Part shown: piece after piece, positions 5,547 through 11,690 of the stretch
Position numbering within the stretch: the stretch's first letter is position 1
Layout of the letters: each line of letters begins with the position of its first letter
Origin: Candidatus Altiarchaeota archaeon
Lineage (GTDB): Archaea; Altiarchaeota; Altiarchaeia; IMC4; SCGC-AAA252-I15
Assembly: GCA_043813075.1 (NCBI GenBank)
Contig: JBDRLL010000023.1
Coordinates: forward strand, 1 to 11,690
Direction of reading: 5' to 3'
DNA: 11,690 bases
Program-made: the position numbers and the translations under genes
Notes under the pieces: model-generated
What the model was told of the DNA's origin: nothing
The model's input: the letters and a program-made list of their open reading frames with translations, nothing else
The model's database searches: none

Positions 5547-7913
5547 ATGGGCTTAAGGGAGAAGGCAGAGTTGATAAGAGAGCGAGGCGTTCTCACTGAA
5601 GCCCTTGGCAGACACGTAAGAGCATATGGCGCCGTCGTGGCGGTAAAAGCATCCAAAAAGCTGAAGGCCGGCCGGAGGGACTTCAAGAGGTCTTTGGAGA
5701 AGCTCGAGGGGGACGGTAGGATAAAGATAGTAAAAAGATTTCTTAGGCCTCCAGCAATCAAGGCGACTGACAAGCTGCTTCTGGAAATGCCTCCCGGCGT
5801 GGGTAAGAACAACCTGCTTGACTTGATGGAGTCTGAGGGGAGACTGACGACACGTGATGCTGCTGAAAGGCTGGGTTTAAGCTATGAGGTAGTTAGAGAG
5901 TGGGCTTCCATACTCCAGAGGGACAATCTGGTGGTGCTGGACAAGGGGGTGATAAAGGCTGTTATGCCCAGGATATTCAGGCATAGACTGGATGGAGAAC
6001 TCGCGGAGAGCAGTAGGGGCAGTAGGACGATATACACTCAGGTGGACTACCTGTATGACTCGCTGAAAAGGGCTGGTAGGATGAGTGTGCCTGACGCGGC
6101 ATTGCTTTGCGAGACGACGCCGGAAAGGATAGAGAAATGGGCTAAACACCTGGACGTGTTCACGATAGAATACCCGTCAAACTTAATGAAGGAGGCTCAA
6201 GTGAAGCTCTCAAAAAAGCAGGTGAATCAGGAGGGGGAGGAGGAACTTGAAGGCCAGGTTTTAGACAGCTACAAGCTGACTGCCGACAAGGTGGTTGCTG
6301 AAGTGAGGATAATATCGAGCAAGAAGAAGTCCAAGCCCATATACATGGTGAAGGTTCCGAAGATATGCGCTGCAACACATAGCATGATGGACTTCATGAG
6401 GGATATATTGAGCAGCAGGGTGAAGATAGAGGTGGGGGACATCTCAGACTCCAGGAAGATGATGGAACTCAAGGAGAAGTTCTTCGATGAAGCCAGGAGG
6501 ATACTGATGAGCGAACTGGATTTGGACACTGACGACGCTAACGTTCTCGCGGGGACCATGACGCACTACATGTACGGGCTGGGAGACATAGAGCTACTGA
6601 TGCACGACGACTGGCTTGAGGAGGTTTGCGTGAACACCAGCCACATACCATTGACCGCTTACCACAAGAGGTTCGGATGGGTTGAGACAAGCCTGACCAT
6701 AAAGGACGAGCGGAGCGTCTACAACTACGCAGCGCAGATCGGGAGGAAGGTGGAGAGGGACATAACGAACATGGAGCCCATAATGGACGCCCACCTGCTG
6801 TCAGGCGACAGGGTGAACGCAACACTATTCCCGATATCCAACTTCGGTAACACGATAACCATAAGGAAGTTCGCGAGGCAGCCGTGGACTATAGCCCACT
6901 TCGTGAGCCCTGAAACACAGTCGCTTTCATACGAGATGGCTGCATTCCTCTGGCTCGCCTTCCAGTACGAACTCAACGTGCTTGTGGGAGGGGGGACTGC
7001 ATCAGGGAAGACGAGCATGCTGAACTGCCTGTGCTCGCTGATACAGCCCACACACAGGGTCATAACCATAGAGGACACCAGGGAGCTGAACCTGCCAAAG
7101 TACTTGAAGTGGAACTGGGTTCCGCTGAACACGAGGGAAGCCAACCCTGAGGGTAAGGGTGAGGTGAGCATGCTAGACCTCATAGTCACATCCCTGCGTA
7201 TGAGGCCGGACAGGATAGTCTTGGGCGAGATAAGGCGCAGGCGGGAGGCTGAAGTCCTCTTTGAAGCCATGCACACCGGCCACTCGGTCTACGGCACCAT
7301 ACACGCGGACACCGTCCACAACCTGAAGAGGAGGCTTCTTGAGCCGCCCATAGAGCTGCCTGCCGCGGAAGTCGAGGCACTGCACCTGATGATAGTCGTC
7401 TACAGGGACCGTCGGAAGGGCAGTAGGAAGGTGTTTGAGATAGCGGAGATACGGCCTGGAACCGGGAGCAGCGAATTCGAACTCAATTACCTGTACAGGT
7501 ATGACACCAGGTCCGGGGAATTCCTCACCATGCACGATAGCGTCAGGATATTCGACGAGCTTAGCCTGCACACGGGGATGACGAGGCCTGACATAGAGAG
7601 GGACCTGGGCGAGAAGGAGGCTGTGCTCCAGTGGATGGTGAAGGAGAACAAGAAGAGCCTCGATGATGTCGGGGAGGTGATGGACCTTTACTACAAGGAC
7701 AAGGAAGGCCTCCTGAAGATGGTGAGGGACAGTGGGGTGGAAGTCCCTAAAGGGAAGGGGGGTGAGGGTGATGTTGGTGACGATGCTGCGGTGAAGAAAC
7801 AGGGTGGTGAGGAGAAGGCTGCGGTGAAAAAGGAGGGCGTTGATAGGAAGCGGCCGCCCAAGAAGGATGAATCCGACGACTTCAAGCCTCCTGACATGAG
7901 CCAGCTAGGATAG
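5547..7913 (+). CDS. Type IV pilus / type II-IV secretion ATPase (VirB11/TadA/CpaF/FlaI family) with N-terminal winged-helix repeats
   Basis: YGLGDIELLMHDDWLEEVCVN, ITIRKF, Walker A GGTASGKT (~6990-7013), Asp box TIEDTREL, Walker B RMRPDRIVLGEIR and His box MHTGH...TIHAD. Has a ~230-aa N-terminal extension and a charged, low-complexity C-terminal tail. Confidence 0.95.
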   Translation: MGLREKAELIRERGVLTEALGRHVRAYGAVVAVKASKKLKAGRRDFKRSLEKLEGDGRIKIVKRFLRPPAIKATDKLLLEMPPGVGKNNLLDLMESEGRLTTRDAAERLGLSYEVVREWASILQRDNLVVLDKGVIKAVMPRIFRHRLDGELAESSRGSRTIYTQVDYLYDSLKRAGRMSVPDAALLCETTPERIEKWAKHLDVFTIEYPSNLMKEAQVKLSKKQVNQEGEEELEGQVLDSYKLTADKVVAEVRIISSKKKSKPIYMVKVPKICAATHSMMDFMRDILSSRVKIEVGDISDSRKMMELKEKFFDEARRILMSELDLDTDDANVLAGTMTHYMYGLGDIELLMHDDWLEEVCVNTSHIPLTAYHKRFGWVETSLTIKDERSVYNYAAQIGRKVERDITNMEPIMDAHLLSGDRVNATLFPISNFGNTITIRKFARQPWTIAHFVSPETQSLSYEMAAFLWLAFQYELNVLVGGGTASGKTSMLNCLCSLIQPTHRVITIEDTRELNLPKYLKWNWVPLNTREANPEGKGEVSMLDLIVTSLRMRPDRIVLGEIRRRREAEVLFEAMHTGHSVYGTIHADTVHNLKRRLLEPPIELPAAEVEALHLMIVVYRDRRKGSRKVFEIAEIRPGTGSSEFELNYLYRYDTRSGEFLTMHDSVRIFDELSLHTGMTRPDIERDLGEKEAVLQWMVKENKKSLDDVGEVMDLYYKDKEGLLKMVRDSGVEVPKGKGGEGDVGDDAAVKKQGGEEKAAVKKEGVDRKRPPKKDESDDFKPPDMSQLG
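7776..7838 (+). repeat. Imperfect ~30-33 nt tandem duplication in the ATPase C-terminal tail (GDDAAVKKQG / GEEKAAVKKEG)
   Basis: The core GCTGCGGTGAA-R-AA occurs at 7785 and 7818, preceded by GGTGA at 7776 and 7806. Confidence 0.65.
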
Positions 7914-7918
7914 CTAAG

Positions 7919-8803
7919 ATGGAAGTACCGTTGATGATAATACCCCTTAAGATAGGGGTGAGGCTTGCAGGCAAAGAGAAGGCCATATGGAGCAGGGCCT
8001 TCAAATTCTACCCGAAACTCAAGCTGTATCTGATGGAAACGGACTTGGAGGTGGAGGCTGAGGAGTACATCGGCGCGTCATTCATATCAGCCCTAGCGAC
8101 AGGGCTTCTGTTCGCAAGCCTCGTATACCTGCTTCTGACTGTGCTTGGAGCGGAGCAGGATAAGGTCCTGTTCCTCACGGGGAGTGTGGGTCTGGTAATA
8201 TTCCTGCTCTTCCTCTTCGTCCTGATAACATACCCAAACATACTCGCAGGGAAGAAGGCCGAGCAGATAGAGAGAGACCTGGTGTTCGCGCTGAAAGACA
8301 TGCTACTGGAAGTCAGCTCAGGGGCCTCACCCTACGCCGCACTGACTGAAGTAGCGAACTCGGACTACGGGAGCATCTCCAGGGAGATAGGGAAGGTTGT
8401 GAACAAGGCTAATGTCGGCATTCCGGTCGAGGAGGCGCTGGAAGACCTGGCTGTTAGAACCAGGTCTGAGATGCTGAAGAACAGCATATGGCAGATAGTC
8501 AACGCCCTAAAGTCCGGGTCCAGCCTGGAGGGCATACTGCGGGAGCTGGTGAGAGACCTCACAGTAGAGCAGAAGATGAAGATAAGGAACTACGCGCAGG
8601 AACTAAACGTCATGGTGTTGATATACATGCTCTTCGCCGTGGTCATACCCACCATAGCGACCACCCTCATAATAGTCTTAGGGCCGTTCCTTGGGATAGA
8701 CATGGGCCCGAAGGTCTTCTACATAATCCTTCCCGTATGCTTTTTCATACAGATATCGCTCATGGAGTTCATAAAAAGCAGAAGGCCGGTGGTGTACGTG
8801 TGA
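7919..8803 (+). CDS. Type IV pilus membrane platform protein (TadB/TadC/FlaJ-like, T2SS-F domain)
   Basis: Two N-terminal TMs, then YP...KAEQIERDLVFALKDMLLEVSSGAS...YGSISREIGKVV...GIPVEEALEDLA...QIVNALKSGSSL, then C-terminal TMs. Lies directly after the ATPase. Confidence 0.92.
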   Translation: MEVPLMIIPLKIGVRLAGKEKAIWSRAFKFYPKLKLYLMETDLEVEAEEYIGASFISALATGLLFASLVYLLLTVLGAEQDKVLFLTGSVGLVIFLLFLFVLITYPNILAGKKAEQIERDLVFALKDMLLEVSSGASPYAALTEVANSDYGSISREIGKVVNKANVGIPVEEALEDLAVRTRSEMLKNSIWQIVNALKSGSSLEGILRELVRDLTVEQKMKIRNYAQELNVMVLIYMLFAVVIPTIATTLIIVLGPFLGIDMGPKVFYIILPVCFFIQISLMEFIKSRRPVVYV

Positions 8804-9768
8804 TGATTCGGAGATTCTACATACTATTGTCCAAAGTGTTCCCGAAGAAGACTGTGGAGGGCATGCAGGACATGATAAGGTGTGCTGGACTGGATGTCGA
8901 GGCGAGGGTGTGGCTCGGCAACTCACTGCTCATGGGGACGCTAGTGCTGGCTGCAACAGTGTACATAGGGAGATACGGGGACCAGATGATGTTCAACATA
9001 CTCGGAGTGTGCATGTTCATAGTGTATATGGTGGCGGCATACAACATACCATTCTTCATAGCCGAGAAGAGGGCTGAGGCTGTTGAGGAAGCGCTGCCGA
9101 GCGCGCTACAGCTGATGTCATCCAACGTGCGGGCTGGGATGACCCCATACCAGGCCATGAAGGTGTCTGCGAGAGACGAGTTCGGTGTTCTGAGCGAGGA
9201 ACTGGAGAAGGCGACCACAAAGGCTCTGGGAACTTACTCGTTCTCAGACGCCCTGATGGAGATAAAGGAGAACATCTCCCTACCGGTACTTGAACGCTCG
9301 ATAAAACTGTTCATCAGGAGCATAGAGTCGGGAGGGCACCTGGCAAAGATGCTGGAGGAGACTGCTAGGGACATGAATGAGAACATAATGCTCAGGAGAC
9401 AGCTCGTATCCAGCACAAAGACGTACACCATACTCATACTATTGACTATAATAGTGGGCATGCCGGTCCTGATGAACGTTTCCATACACTTCACGGAGAG
9501 GATGGAGCAGATGAAATCCAACTTTAACCCATCAAACCTAGATGAGGTAGGCCTCGGGGTTCTCATGTCGGAGGCGTTCAGCATAGACTTCCTCATGAAC
9601 ATCTCGACGGTTATCATAGTCTTCACGTCCATAATCGCGAGCCTGCTCATAGGAGTCATAATCAAGGGTGAGGAGAAATACGGGCTGAAATACGCTTTCT
9701 TTATAGTGCCCGCGACCCTGATGGTTTTTTACGGCATAAGGCAGATGGTGAAGCTGTTTTTCACATAG
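8803..9768 (+). CDS. Second type IV pilus membrane platform protein (TadC-like, T2SS-F domain), 321 aa
   Basis: ATG at 8803 overlaps the upstream stop (TGATG). Contains AEKRAEAVEEALPSALQLMSSNVRAGMTPYQAM...EFGVLSEEL...SIESGGHLAKML and several TMs. The ORF-track start at 8488 is spurious. Confidence 0.92.
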   Translation: MIRRFYILLSKVFPKKTVEGMQDMIRCAGLDVEARVWLGNSLLMGTLVLAATVYIGRYGDQMMFNILGVCMFIVYMVAAYNIPFFIAEKRAEAVEEALPSALQLMSSNVRAGMTPYQAMKVSARDEFGVLSEELEKATTKALGTYSFSDALMEIKENISLPVLERSIKLFIRSIESGGHLAKMLEETARDMNENIMLRRQLVSSTKTYTILILLTIIVGMPVLMNVSIHFTERMEQMKSNFNPSNLDEVGLGVLMSEAFSIDFLMNISTVIIVFTSIIASLLIGVIIKGEEKYGLKYAFFIVPATLMVFYGIRQMVKLFFT

Positions 9769-9812
9769 TTTATAAGGCGAAAAACAAATAATTTTCCAAA
9801 TCAAGGAGGTGA
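9769..9812 (+). promoter_or_regulatory. Putative internal promoter (TTTATAA, 9769-9775) and strong Shine-Dalgarno (AAGGAGGTGA, 9803-9812) for the first major pilin
   Basis: TATA-like element immediately after the tadC-like stop, an AT-rich spacer, and a full-length SD just upstream of ATG 9816. This is the strongest SD in the window. Confidence 0.65.
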
Positions 9813-9815
9813 AAA

Positions 9816-10271
9816 ATGAATAATAAGGGACAATTATCAACGGAGTACCTGGTCATATTGGCCGTCGTCGTGATAGTCGCGCTTATAGTTGTGACAGTGC
9901 TTGGCGGGTTCATAGACATAGGTACTGGTGCGGGAGCCCAGGCAGCAAAAGGATACTGGAGGTCGGCAGACATAGGGATACTGAACTGGAAGGTGTCCTC
10001 GACGGCAGGCGGATCTGAGTTCATGGTCAGGAACAACCTGGACTACAGGATAGAGATATCGGACGTCAGTGTGGACGGTGCGTCAGTGCACTCCACTGCG
10101 ACAGTGCTAACCGCAGGACAGAGCAAGAAGTTCACTCTGACAGGAACGCTGTGCAGTGCTGCTGGAGACCAGTACGCTATGCCGGTCAAGTTCACGTACA
10201 AGGACGTTGACAACGACATATCAGGACTGACGTTCACTGGTACGAAGAACATTGAAGGCAACTGCGAGTAG
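9816..10271 (+). CDS. Archaeal type IV pilin (class III signal peptide, DUF361/PF04021-type), probable major pilin
   Basis: MNNKG|QLSTEYLVILAVVVIVALIVVTVLGGF has the canonical KG|QxSxE motif with Glu at +5. Beta-rich head domain with two Cys; strong SD. Confidence 0.9.
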   Translation: MNNKGQLSTEYLVILAVVVIVALIVVTVLGGFIDIGTGAGAQAAKGYWRSADIGILNWKVSSTAGGSEFMVRNNLDYRIEISDVSVDGASVHSTATVLTAGQSKKFTLTGTLCSAAGDQYAMPVKFTYKDVDNDISGLTFTGTKNIEGNCE

Positions 10272-10284
10272 GATTATATCCTTA

Positions 10285-10333
10285 CGGCTCTGCGATTGCA
10301 GAGCCGGACTCATTTATTTCTAATCATTTTTTT
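10285..10333 (+). terminator. Stem-loop plus T-rich tract after pilin 1 (terminator or mRNA-stabilising hairpin)
   Basis: CGGCTCTGC-GATT-GCAGAGCCG is a perfect 9-bp stem (10285-10306), followed by ATTTATTTC and a T7 run (10327-10333). Confidence 0.65.
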
Positions 10334-10357
10334 AATCCAGGATAGTAATAATCATCC

Positions 10358-10819
10358 ATGAAGCATAGGGGACAGTTATCCACAGAATACCTGGTCATAC
10401 TGGCAGTCGTGGTCGTGATAGCGCTTATAGTCGTCACAGTGCTGGGCGGATTCATAGACATCGGCAGCGGCGCAGGCAGCAAGGCCTCGAAGGCATACTG
10501 GAGGGGGGCGGACATTGGGATACTTAACTGGAGGATGTCTTCGACAGGGGATTCAAGATTCACGCTAAGGAACAACATGGACTACTCTATAAAAATGGAT
10601 TCTATGACTGTGGAAGGCAACCAGGTTTCGGGGGCAGTAGACAAGATCATAGAGCCGGGCGCAACCATTAACGTTAACGGAGACATGACCGCATTATGCG
10701 TTAAGGCAGGGGATACATATTCTGTGGGGATTGTCTTCCAGTTTGACGACAAAGACCATAGCATAGATGATCTGACATTCAAGGGGCTTAAGAAACTTGA
10801 GGGAAGCTGCGAAGAATAG
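10358..10819 (+). CDS. Archaeal type IV pilin (class III signal peptide), paralogue of 9816-10271
   Basis: MKHRG|QLSTEYLVILAVVVVIALIVVTVLGGFIDIG. Shares YWRxADIGILNW, RNNxDY, LCxxAGDxY and LTFxGxKxxEGxCE with the upstream pilin. Confidence 0.9.
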   Translation: MKHRGQLSTEYLVILAVVVVIALIVVTVLGGFIDIGSGAGSKASKAYWRGADIGILNWRMSSTGDSRFTLRNNMDYSIKMDSMTVEGNQVSGAVDKIIEPGATINVNGDMTALCVKAGDTYSVGIVFQFDDKDHSIDDLTFKGLKKLEGSCEE

Positions 10820-10840
10820 TGTAATCGTGAGGATAAATGA

Positions 10841-11062
10841 TCATTTCAATAGATTTACCTCCCTGAGGAAGTAGACGGAAACCCACATGACTATGGACAT
10901 CACCAGGAGTATCACTCCGACCTGCCCTATTTCAGGGCTTTTCTCCGCAATGTTGGTCTCGAATATGGTTATGGTAACATTCGAGAAAACAATGCTTATG
11001 AATATTATAAAAACGCCTAGGAGGAAAATCCCGACCGGAGATGCTATGTCTATCAGCTTCAT
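10841..11062 (-). CDS. Small two-TM hypothetical membrane protein (73 aa)
   Basis: Hydrophobic segments VGIFLLGVFIIFISIVF and VGVILLVMSIVMWVSVYFL. Fills the gap convergent to pilin 2 and divergent from the beta-propeller gene. Confidence 0.65.
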   Translation of the reverse strand: MKLIDIASPVGIFLLGVFIIFISIVFSNVTITIFETNIAEKSPEIGQVGVILLVMSIVMWVSVYFLREVNLLK

Positions 11063-11090
11063 TCTAGCGTTCTAGCCCCGCAGCCAACAC

Positions 11091-11117
11091 ACTATATTAT
11101 CAGCGAGCCAATATAAA
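11091..11117. promoter_or_regulatory. Putative divergent promoter region with TATA-like elements on both strands
   Basis: ATATAAA at 11111-11117 is 23-29 nt upstream of ATG 11140, consistent with leaderless spacing. The reverse-strand ATAATATAG at ~11092-11100 is ~30-38 nt upstream of the minus-strand ATG at 11062. Confidence 0.45.
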
Positions 11118-11139
11118 TCCCTAAAAACAAATCCTTAAG

Positions 11140-11690
11140 ATGAATCATGGGATAACACTCCTGACGGCAACAATAATGATTATGGCAGCCATTATGGGAG
11201 TTGCCCAGAACTACGAGCACGTGCCGGTATGGACCGGCAACCTTGGAGGTAGGATAGGGTCGATAAAAAAACAGAATGACACTATCATAGTGGCGTCCGG
11301 CGACAGGATAGCCTGCTTGAACCAGAACGGAAGGCTCAAGTGGGAGCACGCTACGGGAAACATCGTGAACTCTATAATGTTCTACGGGGATAGGATAATC
11401 GCCTCGTCCACAGACCACACCACATACATGTTCTCGAGAGAAGGTAGATTATTATGGAAGGCGGAGACCCCGGGATACGTCGGATACGACAATGCCTTAG
11501 ACGCTAGGGACGGTAGGATACTCGCAGGTTCTGTCAACGGGAACGCCTACATGTACGATGACAGTGGAAACCTGCTTTGGGAATATTACGTCGGAGGATA
11601 TGTCATGGCGGTAAGGATACTGGAGGACAGCACGGTCGTTGTATCCGACAGGCAGGCACTCATACTTGACCTTGAGGGGGAGGTTAGGAC
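11140..11690 (+). CDS. Secreted PQQ-like/BamB-type beta-propeller repeat protein, 3'-truncated and absent from the ORF track
   Basis: Translated by hand: signal-like MNHGITLLTATIMIMAAIMGVA, then repeats of ~40 aa ending CLNQNGRLKWEH, MFSREGRLLWKA, MYDDSGNLLWEY and ILDLEGEVR. The frame is open to the window end. Confidence 0.85.
   Translation, partial: MNHGITLLTATIMIMAAIMGVAQNYEHVPVWTGNLGGRIGSIKKQNDTIIVASGDRIACLNQNGRLKWEHATGNIVNSIMFYGDRIIASSTDHTTYMFSREGRLLWKAETPGYVGYDNALDARDGRILAGSVNGNAYMYDDSGNLLWEYYVGGYVMAVRILEDSTVVVSDRQALILDLEGEVR

Noticed and set aside
5775-5810. LLLEMPPGVGKN in the ATPase N-terminus resembles an AAA+ Walker A motif (GPPGVGKT)
   Set aside because: It lacks the first Gly and the final S/T, lies in a short linker between wHTH-like repeats, and has no Walker B or P-loop fold around it. 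The real Walker A is at ~6990-7013.
8488-8802. ORF-track N-terminal extension of the second platform gene
   Set aside because: It overlaps the first tadC-like gene out of frame. The TGATG stop-start overlap at 8801-8805 marks the real start.
10285-10306. Hairpin between the similar pilin genes as part of a diversity-generating retroelement or an inversion switch
   Set aside because: There is no reverse transcriptase or recombinase in the window, the pilins are in direct orientation, and their differences do not appear adenine-specific.
5547-10819. Archaellum (arl/fla) operon
   Set aside because: There are no ArlH/ArlF/ArlG homologues, there are two separate TadB/C-like genes rather than a single ArlJ, and the pilins have QLSTE rather than archaellin-type N-termini.

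Overview
Archaeal genomic window; the ATA/AGG-rich codon use, TATA-type promoters and Thr-rich surface proteins suggest Altiarchaeota or another DPANN lineage, which is inference only. It carries an almost complete + strand type IV pilus locus of the class III signal (QxSxE, EppA/DUF361) type. In order: three putative surface or secreted proteins (the first truncated by the window start); four minor pilin-like genes; a Soj/ParA ATPase with an N-terminal winged-helix extension; a 70-aa partner carrying a ParB-like 'RGLDSLI' peptide; a VirB11/TadA/FlaI-family secretion ATPase with about three N-terminal winged-helix repeats; two TadB/TadC-like platform proteins; and two paralogous major pilins separated by a hairpin. 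A small convergent membrane protein and a PQQ-type beta-propeller gene running off the end follow. The most striking element is the translationally coupled trio wHTH-ParA, mini-ParB-peptide adaptor and (wHTH)3-pilus ATPase. The ParA also has Glu at the position I align to Soj R189. Together these suggest a dedicated ParA-based positioning or regulatory system for an archaeal pilus. No rRNA, tRNA, CRISPR or mobile element was seen.
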